Below are positions 12,721 to 21,883 of a stretch of DNA of 64,000 bases, piece by piece. The notes under the pieces were generated by a model. The model worked only from the letters and a program-made list of their open reading frames with translations, was not told the DNA's origin and did not search any database. Made by a program: the position numbers and the translations under genes. The DNA is taken from the NCBI GenBank assembly GCA_963785305.1, contig CAWAUV010000007.1:1664001-1728000 (forward strand), in the 5' to 3' direction. This DNA comes from an uncultured Planctomycetaceae bacterium. GTDB taxonomy: Bacteria; Planctomycetota; Planctomycetia; Pirellulales; PALSA-1355. Positions within the stretch are counted from its first letter, which is position 1. Each line of letters starts with the position of its first letter.

Positions 12721-15700
12721 TCACTTTTTGAAATTATTTATTACGCATTGCGGGATCGGAACCCTATACCCCACAGGTTGTTTTGGAGCGCCCGGAGTAA
12801 TAATCGGCGAGTTGGGAAGCCCTTTACGTTCTACACAGAACTGAAGGAGCCACGCTGCTACCGAATTGCTATTTGCATCGGCTGCAAGTGTGGTGCCCGG
12901 TGAAGGGCTATAAGCAATATTGCATGCGTCGATTGCGCCCAAGACCTTTTGCAAGCAATTACCTAGCATTTCACAGTTTCCCTGGGCGGAAAGCTCCCTA
13001 CAATTCTCGTTCTTTATGCCATCTTTGGGCCAATCGATTCCGCCTTCTTCATATGGTGCGATAGTACAGCGTACACGGCCATAGTCGGTCTTTTTAGTCT
13101 TCTCATCGACCTGAGCATCGTGCTCTGGACCGCCGCGGTAGACGGTTGTCGCGCCGTTACAATTCAACGTCAAATACAAATGCACGGCTATTTTTCCTAC
13201 CACCGGATGGCCAATAGGGTTCGCGCAGAGGCGAACAGTTGTCGTTTCGGTTCCAGTTGGATCTATCCGGTTTTCAGGGTTATTTGAGCCATATCGGTAA
13301 AAATTAAGATCCCAGCCGTCAAAAGCGAGCGGATCGCGAGCAATCCAACTGCCAAGAAGAGCGTTCAAATACCGTTCCCGCACTTGGTAAAGCCAAGACT
13401 CGCTGTCGCAGCGGTAGCCGCAGTAGAGGGTTTCCCAGGCGTAGCTGCTTCCGCCAGAGCGAATGCTGAAATCCGGATTGAGGAATGTCGGCGAGCCATA
13501 AGCTGTGTAGCTGTAGCGTTCTTGAACGGCGCCGGACGCATTCGTAATTGCGGTAACGTTCCAGTTGGCATCTTGCAGGGCATACAAACGCTCCGTTGAG
13601 CGATCGCGGAGGACCAGATCGTCGATGTAGCGTTGGCCCCAGACGAATTGGCGGTCGGCGGTGGTAGCTCCATTTACTCGTTCTTCGAGGACCTGCCAAT
13701 CGTTCGAGTAGTACAAGTCGCGCACGATGCCGGAAATCGTCTTTTGCGTGCGGCGATTGAGACCATCGTAGCTGTAGGTGGCGACGCCTAGCAGTTGCGT
13801 CAAGCGGTTCCAAGCGTCGTAGGTTGCCGCGAACGAACTCGCGGGGGCCGCCGGTTGCGGAATCGTCGTCATGTTCCCGGCGGGGTTGTAAACCGGCTGC
13901 GCCCATGCGGCGCCGTAGCGCTGCGTGATGCCCATGATCTCATTCACAGGATTCGACACGCGCTGCTGGTCGAGGTTATTCGCGGAAGTCACGACGTCGG
14001 TGTTGACGAAGTTGGACCAGTTGCCTGTCGCGTCGAGTCCCCATTGCTGGGCGAGGGTCATGTTCGCGATCGACTGATTCCCGCTATTGAGATTGCCGCG
14101 ACTCATGTCGGTGAGGCGCTGCATGCCGTCGTATGAATAAAGCTCGTCGTTGCCGGTGGCGACGGTTTGATGGCGCCAGACGCGGTTGCCGGCTTGATCG
14201 TAGCCGTACTCGATCTGGTCCAGCGTGGCGGTGGGCGTCGTCCAGGGATTGTTGATCACGCGGCCGAACTGGTCGAGGCCGAGATAGGGATTTGCGCCGG
14301 AGCCGCCGGCAAGCGACCAAGTGACGTCGGGCTGGGAGTACGTCAGATCGACGAACGTGGCGAGGCCAAGATACGTATACTCGACGAGCGTGGTGCTGTC
14401 GGAGTCGACGTAGTTGGTGACGCGCGACAAGGCGTCGTCGTTGCCGCTCGCATAGTTGTACGTCACGACGCGGGGCGTGGAGCCGCTGACGGCGCCGGGG
14501 TAGGTGATCGCCGTCAGGCGCGTCGTGTTGGCGCTGCCGTCGGCGAAAGCGTATTGGACGTTGGGCGACGTGGCGGTGTTCACGGCGGCGCCATGCTGTT
14601 GGTACTGCGTGACGAGTTGCTGGAAACCATTATAGACGTTTTGAACCTGATTGACCACCGTGGTCGCGCCGGTGTCGGCGTAGCTCGTGATTTGGAAGAC
14701 GAGGCCGCGGATCTCGTAAGCGGTGCTGATTCGCTGCACGCTGGAATCCACCCCGGCGCCGAGCGTCACGATAATGTCGTCCGTCGGACGGCCGAGCAGA
14801 TCGAACAGGTATTCGTGGACCGTGCCGTTTTGATCGGTCTTGCCGGTGATTTGGCCTTGGCGATTGTAGATTTGCGTGACTTGGTCGGAGCCACTCGCGC
14901 TGTCGGGATAGATCGTGGCGCTAAGCAACTCGTTGCTGGCGATCGATGAAGCGGCGAGCGTCGTGCCGTACACGAACTGCGTCGTTTGATTGCCGGTCGT
15001 GGGATTGACGGCCGTCAAGGCGATCATGTTGCCGTCGGCGTTGTAGGCGAATAGCACGGTCACGTCGGTTAAATTGCCGGGGCAGCCGCCGGTGTAGTTG
15101 CTCACCGTGCTGAGCGGTTTGTGCAAGGCGTTGAACGTTTGCAATGTCACGATGCCGGCCGCGTCGGTGGTTTGATTGAGGTTGCCGGCGCTGTCGAAGG
15201 CGAAGCTCGAAACCAGCACCGTGGGCGAGGAAGCCGGCGGCGTGGCGGGGGCGGTGAAGGGCGCGTTGTTATTGGTCCCGTAATTGGCAGAAGCGATCAT
15301 GCGGCCGACGCCGTCGGGCCAGTTCGCGACGTAAGTCACCCGCGCCAAGGGCTGCACGCCGCTGTAAGGCGGATTCAAGACACCGGCGCCGGTGGCGCTG
15401 TCGAACCGCTGATACGAATCGGTTTCGACGGCGTTGTTGGCGTCGTCGTACGTGGTGATTGTCTGCTCGAAGATGAGGTTCTGGCTAGTGACCTGCCCGA
15501 CGTCGCTGTAGGGCTCGGCGCCAGAGCCGGTGTAATAACCTTGATATGACGCGGTGACACGGGCCTGGCTATCATACACCGTCTTGGTGAACGTTTGCGC
15601 CCGGCCGGCAGCGTCTTGATGATGTTTTCGGCCAAGTCGCGCCAAGTGTTGTCGACGAGCGAATTGCCCAAGGCGCCGGTGTTCGGGTTCACCGAATAGA

Positions 15701-15833
15701 CTTGCGTTTGATAAACGCGGCTGCGGTCGTCCCAGTAGGTCAGCGTTCGCGCGAGAAGCTGGCCGTTCTCAGTCGTGTTGCGGCGGTCTTTTTGGATCAC
15801 CCGATCGAGATTGTCGTAGGTGACGCTCAGATT
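12721..15833 (-). pseudogene. Orphan RHS module A (core plus tip CT-1), 5'-truncated ~20 bp from the intron
   Basis: 974-aa ORF 12721-15645 plus upstream frame NLSVTYDNLDR. RHS homology stops at ~15833, just before AAGGGGTCAGG. Confidence 0.85.
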
Positions 15834-16037
15834 GGTCAATTCTAAGGGGTCAGGGTGCGCCGGCGCGAAGCCGGAGGAGAGTAGCGAATGAAAGAGTCGC
15901 ACGAGGCAAGGCCTAGCCAGCCACCTCGGCCTCGAGTGATGCGTCGTGTCGGGCAACTGGCAGGGCGAAGCGTTCACAGAGGCACGGCCGGGCGGTGTAT
16001 CGAGCTCCGAAAACATTCTTTTGTGGCGGCCGACCTT

Positions 16038-16048
16038 GTCCTGACCCC
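16038..16048 (+). other. Predicted exon-binding site (EBS1 plus 2 adjacent nt), GTCCTGACCCC
   Basis: Exact complement of the exon junction GGGGTCAGG|AC, located in a GCCGAC...GAAGGC domain I stem-loop. Confidence 0.75.
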
Positions 16049-16235
16049 GTCGCTCGATTCATGCGGGAAGGCAACAGTGATGTCGAACGATCATGGCGAG
16101 TCCGACGTCTCCCCCACGGAGTCTGAGACCACCCGCACGGCCGGAAACTTTTCTCGCGGAAGCCGGGAGATCCCGGGAACATCCGCTTCACCGGAAGCGG
16201 ATCGGTCGGAGAAGGCGCGAGGCCACAAGTCCGAC

Positions 16236-17717
16236 ATGCACGTTCCCGGGGAGTCAGACAGTTCCATAGTACCAAAGAAGCAGGCGAACAACGACAGCGT
16301 GCCGCTGTCGGCGGAGCCCGTGGAGGGAAGGGAGCTGACCGAGGAGAACGCCGAGCAGTCGCTACTGGACCGGACACAGCGCCGGGCTCCCAGGTCGCGC
16401 GGACTGCTGGGCGTGCGAGAAGCGGCACAACGCGACAAGAAGATGCGGTTCAACAATCTGCTGAACCATGTCACGCCCGAACTGCTGGTGGCGAGTTTCT
16501 TCGACCTGAAGAAGCAAGCCGCGCCCGGCGTCGATGGCCTGACATGGGCTCAATACGCCACCGATTTCGAAACGCGGATCGACGATCTGCACAGTCGAAT
16601 CCATCGGGGAGCTTATCGAGCCAGGCCGTCCAAGCGAACTTGGATTCCCAAGCTCGACGGCAAGCCGCGGCCCCTCGGGATCGCGGCGCTGGAGGACAAG
16701 ATCGTCCAGCAAGCCGTACGGACGATCCTGGAGTGCATCTACGAAGAGGACTTTCTGGGTTTCAGTTACGGCTTTCGTCCTGGACGAAGCTGTCACCGAG
16801 CCTTGGACGCGCTCTACGTGGGCATCAAGAAGCGGAAAGTGAACTGGATTTTGGATGCGGACATCCGCGGCTTCTTCGACAACATCGACCACGCATGGTT
16901 GATGAAGTTCCTGGAGCATCGGATCGCCGACCGACGACTGCTTCGGCTGCTGAAGAAATGGCTTCGAGCCGGAGTGTCGGAAGATGGCGAATGGTCCCCG
17001 AGCACCGTGGGAACACCTCAAGGAGCGGTGATTTCGCCGCTCTATTCGAACGTGTTCTTGCACTATGTTCTGGACCTGTGGCTGGTGGCGTGGCGGAAAC
17101 GCCATGCCGTGGGCGAGGTCATCATCGTGCGCTATGCGGACGATTTCGTAGTCGGATTCCGCGAGGAGTCCGACGCGCGACGCTGCCTGGCGGCGCTCCG
17201 GGAACGCTTCACCAAATTCGGTTTGGAACCGCACCCGGAGAAGACGCGGCTGATCGAGTTCGGACGCTATGCGGCCGAACGACGATCGAAGCGTGGCGAT
17301 GGCCCACCGGAGACATTCGACTTCCTGGGCTTCACCCACATCAGTGGCGTGACCCGGAAGGGCGAATTCACCATTCGCCGCATCTCATCGGCCAAGAAGT
17401 TTCGTGGCAAACTGCGCGAACTGAAAGAAGCGCTGCGCGGGAAAATGCACATGGACTTGGCGCAAGTCGGGCCATGGCTATCGAGCGTTTACCGGGGATG
17501 GCTCAATTACCATGCGATTCCCGGCAACTCGGTGCGATTGCAACAATTCCGCACGGCGCTCCAGAAACTCTGGCTCCGCATGCTGCGGCGACGCAGCCAA
17601 CGCGGACGCCGGATGACCTGGCGGAAGTTCTCGCAGCTTTGCAAACGATGGCTTCCCACCCCGAAAATCCTGCATCCTTATCCCGAAGTGCGGTTTGATC
17701 GTTTGTATCCAAGGTAG
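16236..17717 (+). CDS. ltrA: Group II intron reverse transcriptase/maturase, no C-terminal endonuclease domain
   Basis: APGVDG, GFRPGRS, GTPQG, YADD, FDFLGF motifs; ends LPTPKILHPYP. Start inferred at MHVPGESD. Confidence 0.93.
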   Translation: MHVPGESDSSIVPKKQANNDSVPLSAEPVEGRELTEENAEQSLLDRTQRRAPRSRGLLGVREAAQRDKKMRFNNLLNHVTPELLVASFFDLKKQAAPGVDGLTWAQYATDFETRIDDLHSRIHRGAYRARPSKRTWIPKLDGKPRPLGIAALEDKIVQQAVRTILECIYEEDFLGFSYGFRPGRSCHRALDALYVGIKKRKVNWILDADIRGFFDNIDHAWLMKFLEHRIADRRLLRLLKKWLRAGVSEDGEWSPSTVGTPQGAVISPLYSNVFLHYVLDLWLVAWRKRHAVGEVIIVRYADDFVVGFREESDARRCLAALRERFTKFGLEPHPEKTRLIEFGRYAAERRSKRGDGPPETFDFLGFTHISGVTRKGEFTIRRISSAKKFRGKLRELKEALRGKMHMDLAQVGPWLSSVYRGWLNYHAIPGNSVRLQQFRTALQKLWLRMLRRRSQRGRRMTWRKFSQLCKRWLPTPKILHPYPEVRFDRLYPR

Positions 17718-17949
17718 GAGCCGTATGCGGTAGTTCCGCACGTACGGATCTGTGCGGGGGGTGGCCCGAAAGGGCCATCCCTACCGCGATACTCATTGAT
17801 TGGCGTATGGTCGAGAGCCATGCCGGAAAAATGCGCTTGCGGACGGATTGCCCAATAGGGCCCAATAGGGAGTCGACCTGTTAGCCGCTGTGCTCGGCGC
17901 AATCTGGCAAACTGCTTGGCCGCGGGGGGAAGCCTGCTATACTGCCGCG

Positions 17950-18921
17950 ATGCCCATTTTAATCGGTACCGACGAAGCCGGCTACGGACCCAACCTGGGC
18001 CCGCTGGTGATCTCGGCGACCGTCTGGCAAGTCGACGCCGCGGAGCCGCGCTGTTTGTATGAACGGCTCCAGGGCGTCGTCGAGCGGCTGCCCTCGCGCG
18101 CTGCCGGCGCCACCGAGTTGCCGCTGGCGATCGCCGATTCCAAAGCGCTCTACAAAGCGGGCGAGGGGCTCGATCTGCTCGAGCGCGGCGTGCTGGCGAT
18201 GTTGGCCTTGGCGGGGCGAGCGCCCGCAAGTTGGGGGCAACTCTTCGAACTATTGCTCGGCCCCGATGGGCTCGATGAACTTTGCCGAGTGCCCTGGCAC
18301 CAGGAGTTCGAGCTGCGACTGCCGCTGGCGGTCGATGCCGCGAGCTTGGCTACCCTTGCGCCGAGCTTGGCCTCTGGATTGGCCGCGGCCGGAGTTCGGC
18401 TGCTGCGGGTGCGGAGCGAAGCGGTATTTCCCGACCGCTTCAACCGCCTCGTGGCGGAGCACGGCAGCAAGGGCGAAGTGCTCTCCCGGCTCACGCTCGG
18501 CCTTGTGGCCGAAGTGTTGCCCGACTGTCGCGATGAATCGATCACGATTTATTGCGACAAACATGGCGGCCGCAATCGCTATGGCGCCCTCGTGCAGCGG
18601 CAATGGCCTGATCCGCTGATCGAAGTGCATCGCGAGGCCACGGCCGAGAGCGTGTATCGCTGGCGGCAGGACGGGCAGCGTTTCGAAGCCCGATTCGTCG
18701 CTCGCGGCGAAGCGTGGCTGCCGACGGCCGCGGCGTCGATGGTGTCGAAGTATCTTCGCGAGCTCGCGATGCGGGCGTTCAACGATTACTGGCTACTGCA
18801 TTTGCCCGAACTTCGGCCCACGGCGGGCTATCCCGGCGACGCGTCGCGATTCAAACTCGCGATCGCTCCGGTGCAAGCCGCGTTGGGCATCAGCGATCAA
18901 GTGCTGTGGCGGGAGCGATAA
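17950..18921 (+). CDS. Ribonuclease HII-like protein (divergent)
   Basis: IGTDEAGYGPNLGPL, IADSK, AASMVSK, GYP motifs. Confidence 0.75.
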   Translation: MPILIGTDEAGYGPNLGPLVISATVWQVDAAEPRCLYERLQGVVERLPSRAAGATELPLAIADSKALYKAGEGLDLLERGVLAMLALAGRAPASWGQLFELLLGPDGLDELCRVPWHQEFELRLPLAVDAASLATLAPSLASGLAAAGVRLLRVRSEAVFPDRFNRLVAEHGSKGEVLSRLTLGLVAEVLPDCRDESITIYCDKHGGRNRYGALVQRQWPDPLIEVHREATAESVYRWRQDGQRFEARFVARGEAWLPTAAASMVSKYLRELAMRAFNDYWLLHLPELRPTAGYPGDASRFKLAIAPVQAALGISDQVLWRER

Positions 18922-18924
18922 ACA

Positions 18925-19413
18925 ATGTGGCTCTATCTTGTGCGTCATGCCTATGCCGGCGAACACGGCGACCCGCGCTATCCTGACGACAGCGTGCGTC
19001 CGCTGACCGGCAAGGGGCGGAAGAAGTTTGCTCGCATGTGCCGCAGACTGGTGGAGCGGGGACTCGCGCCGGAACGGATCGCCACCAGCCCTTTAGTGCG
19101 ATGTTTGCAGACCGCCGAGATTCTGGCCGAAGCGACCGGCTGCCCGGCGCCGGCGCCGCTCGCGGCTCTCGAGCCGGGTAGCGACCTGGGCGGCGTCTTG
19201 AGCTGGACAGCCGAGCAAAAGGCGTCGCGCGTTGCCTGGGTCGGCCACTCGCCCGACGTCGATCATTTGGCGGGCGTGCTCATCGGCTCGGGCGCCAATC
19301 TCGCATTTGCCAAAGGGGCGATCGCGGCGATCGACTTTGGGCCGGGCCAGCCGGTAATTCCGGGCCGCGGCGAACTGCGCTGGTTCGCGACCGTCAAGCT
19401 GCTTGGCGGCTGA
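18925..19413 (+). CDS. sixA: Phosphohistidine phosphatase SixA
   Basis: LYLVRHA, RPLT, TSPLVRC.QTA, VGHSP. Confidence 0.85.
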   Translation: MWLYLVRHAYAGEHGDPRYPDDSVRPLTGKGRKKFARMCRRLVERGLAPERIATSPLVRCLQTAEILAEATGCPAPAPLAALEPGSDLGGVLSWTAEQKASRVAWVGHSPDVDHLAGVLIGSGANLAFAKGAIAAIDFGPGQPVIPGRGELRWFATVKLLGG

Positions 19414-19562
19414 TATCCGGGTCGCGAACAACCATGGGGCCGGTTGGCGACGCTCGACTCGCGTGGCTTGAATCGGGCACAATTGCTGATATGATGATCG
19501 CGGACTTCCTGCCGCCCCCCAAGTGGGCATTTTCGACGCCGCCTTGGCGCCGATCCCGATGT

Positions 19563-19659
19563 GTTCGAGCAGCTGGCATGTTCGAGCAGCTGGCATGTTC
19601 GAGCAGCTGGCATGTTCGAGCAGCTGGCATGTTCGAGCAGCTGGCATGTTCGAGCAGCT
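19563..19659. repeat. 17-bp tandem repeat (GTTCGAGCAGCTGGCAT) x ~5.7
   Basis: Five perfect units plus a 12-bp partial unit; no spacers. Confidence 0.95.
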
Positions 19660-19769
19660 TGTCGCGCTCGATGTTCCTACCGTTCCGATTTTCCATCGCC
19701 TCGAAGTCTTTGCATTTTCGAACGATCTTGGCGGAGCTTGCAACTGTCATGAATAGTGCGTGGAGCTTG

Positions 19770-21269
19770 ATGAATCGTCGTTGGCCTCTGCTAGTGGCTG
19801 GCATGATTGCCCTCGGCCTCGTCGACGGATGCGCCGACGCGGATCACGACAAACCGGTGGCCGAGCGCCCGGTTTCCAAGACCGAGGCGAGCCGCCCGGC
19901 GTCAACGGTTTCAGCCGAGAGCCCTGAAAAATCATCGACGCTCGATAAATCGGCGATGCCCGAGGCCGATCAGAAAGCCGCCGCTTCTGGCCCGAAGGAA
20001 TCGGCCGAGGCGCCGCCGACCGTGAATTCGAACGTGCAGGGCACTGAAGAACAAAGCTTGATCCAAAAGACCGGCGATTCGATGAAGCCGACGGCAGGCG
20101 CCGAACCGACTCCTGAACCCGGCAGCCCGCGCGTGCTCCTGGGCTCGCCCGAGCTCACGGCCGGCATTCCCGGCTCGGGTCCGCTGAGCGATGAAGAGCT
20201 TCGCGCGTGGCTCGACAATCCGCAAAACATGCAACCGTTTGATATCGAGTTGCCGCTGGGGCTCTCGCTCGGCGCGTTGCAGATCAAGGGGCTCGATAAA
20301 AACCCGCTTACCCGAGCCAAGATCGAGCTTGGGCGGCAGCTTTATTTCGATCCGCGTCTATCGGCCGACGCAACGGTAAGCTGCGCCAGTTGCCATCATC
20401 CCGACAGTGGCTGGGTGGCGCACACCCAGTTCGGAGTCGGCATTGGCGGGCAGACCGGCAACCGCAACTCGCCGCCCAGCTTCAACCGTATTTTGAGCGA
20501 CGCGCAGTTCTGGGATGGCCGGGCGCCTTCGCTCGAAGCGCAGGCCCTGGGCCCGATCGCCAACCCGATCGAGATGGGCAACACGCATTCGGCGTGTCTG
20601 GAAACATTGGCGAAAATTCCCGGCTACAAGCTCGAGTTCGATAAGATTTTCACCGAAATGACCATCGAAGCCGTGGGCGCGGCGATCGCCAGCTTCGAGC
20701 GGGCCGTGGTTTCGGGACCCTCGCCCCATGATTACCACGAACGGTTCGTGCCGCTGGCCAAGGAAAACGCCGACGATCTGAAGGCCGATGATCCCGATCT
20801 CTACGCCAAATATGTCGAATACAAGAAAGCGTGCGACGACCACCCGATGTCGGAAAGCGCTCTCCGCGGACGTGATCTGTTCTTCGGCGAAAAGGCCAAT
20901 TGCACCGCTTGCCATGTGGGACCCAATTTCAGCGACGAGCTCTATCACAATCTGGGCGTGGGCATGGAAGCCGAAACTCCGGACGTGGGCCGGGAATCAG
21001 TGACCCACAACGAGCTCGACCGTGGCGCTTTCAAAACGCCCACGATTCGCAATGTCGCCCTCACCGGCCCCTACATGCACGATGGGTCGCAAAAGACCCT
21101 GGAAGAAGTCGTCGAGTGGTATGCCAAGGGCGGGCATCCCAACAAATGGCTGGACCTCAAGATCAAGAAGCTCGACCTCTCGGATCAAGACAAAAAAGAC
21201 TTGGTCGAGTTCATGAAGTCATGCACCGGCGATTTTCCGAAAGTCGAGACCGATCGCTTGCCGAAGTAA
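19770..21269 (+). CDS. Di-heme cytochrome c peroxidase/MauG family lipoprotein
   Basis: CASCH and CTACH heme motifs, FWDGRA, FKTPTIRN, PYMHDG; LVDG-C lipobox. Start uncertain (19749 or 19770). Confidence 0.9.
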   Translation: MNRRWPLLVAGMIALGLVDGCADADHDKPVAERPVSKTEASRPASTVSAESPEKSSTLDKSAMPEADQKAAASGPKESAEAPPTVNSNVQGTEEQSLIQKTGDSMKPTAGAEPTPEPGSPRVLLGSPELTAGIPGSGPLSDEELRAWLDNPQNMQPFDIELPLGLSLGALQIKGLDKNPLTRAKIELGRQLYFDPRLSADATVSCASCHHPDSGWVAHTQFGVGIGGQTGNRNSPPSFNRILSDAQFWDGRAPSLEAQALGPIANPIEMGNTHSACLETLAKIPGYKLEFDKIFTEMTIEAVGAAIASFERAVVSGPSPHDYHERFVPLAKENADDLKADDPDLYAKYVEYKKACDDHPMSESALRGRDLFFGEKANCTACHVGPNFSDELYHNLGVGMEAETPDVGRESVTHNELDRGAFKTPTIRNVALTGPYMHDGSQKTLEEVVEWYAKGGHPNKWLDLKIKKLDLSDQDKKDLVEFMKSCTGDFPKVETDRLPK

Positions 21270-21378
21270 ACGCTCGTCGCGAGAATTCATAAGGTCGCGG
21301 CGCAAATGGGTCGTCGAGCGTCCGTTGTCCCCGCGGCTTGGTCTCCGTCCCTGGTCTATCAGCAAAGTCGTTCGTCGC

Positions 21379-21783
21379 GTGAATGAAGAGCAACTATACC
21401 AGGAGCATATCCTGGAGCATTACGAAGACCCCTTTCATCGCGGCCGATGTCCCGCGGCCACGCACGCGCACGAAGACGACAACCCTCTGTGCGGCGATGT
21501 GGTGCGAATGGAGCTCGCCATTGGCGCGGGCGGCGTGATCGACGACGCGTATTTCAGCGGCGATGGCTGCTGCATCAGCCAGGCGGCGGCCTCGATGTTG
21601 ACCGAACGCATGCAGGGCAAATCGGTCGACGACGTGAAACGGTTCACGGCCCTGGAAATGCTCGATCTTTTCGGCGCCCGGCTCACGCCCAATCGCCAGA
21701 AATGCTGCCTCTTGCCCTGGCGCGTCTTGCAAGCGGCGGTGTTCGCCCCGCTCGATGGCGAGTCGCCGAGCCAGGGCCAATAG
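21379..21783 (+). CDS. sufU: SUF system NifU-like scaffold/sulfur-transfer protein
   Basis: LYQEHILEHY, NPLCGD, GCCISQAAAS, RQKCCLLPW. Confidence 0.88.
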   Translation: MNEEQLYQEHILEHYEDPFHRGRCPAATHAHEDDNPLCGDVVRMELAIGAGGVIDDAYFSGDGCCISQAAASMLTERMQGKSVDDVKRFTALEMLDLFGARLTPNRQKCCLLPWRVLQAAVFAPLDGESPSQGQ

Positions 21784-21883
21784 CGGCGCCGATCGGCGCC
21801 GACTTTTCGCTCGGGGCAAACAGCGCTGCTCGCTTCGGTCGTGAATCGGGTTTTGTGTTTTGCCGGCGAAGGGGTTTCCGCCC

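Larger units (their letters stand above)
8509..14739. repeat. Large direct repeat, copy 2 (matches 1-6230)
   Basis: Direct sequence identity apart from short divergent patches. Confidence 0.95.
15855..17790 (+). mobile_element. Group II intron, copy 1 (1,936 bp)
   Basis: Starts GTGCG. Domain V GAGCCGTATGCGGTAGTTCCGCACGTACGGATC; domain VI ends CCCTACCGCGAT. Encodes an RT. Confidence 0.95.

Noticed and set aside
13..15549. Long + strand ORFs over the RHS region (e.g. 780-2558, 2625-3638)
   Set aside because: Antisense shadows of high-GC RHS coding sequence with no recognisable motifs.
15888..16235. N-terminal extension of the RT ORF (609/620 aa calls)
   Set aside because: It runs through intron RNA structure including the EBS; the likely start is MHVPGESD.
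15855..17790. RT next to toxin repeats as a diversity-generating retroelement or retron
   Set aside because: It has complete group II intron ends and domains V/VI. I saw no TR/VR pair with adenine-specific mismatches, and RHS copy differences are block-like.
17851..17870. CCCAATAGGG x2 as an intron target-site duplication
   Set aside because: It lies 60 bp from the intron end and is absent at copy 2; group II introns do not make target-site duplications.
19563..19659. CRISPR array
   Set aside because: Contiguous 17-bp units without spacers, and no cas genes.
19434..19769. Repeat-containing N-terminal extension of the peroxidase
   Set aside because: The signal peptide/lipobox starts at ~19770, and the 17-bp period is not codon-phased.
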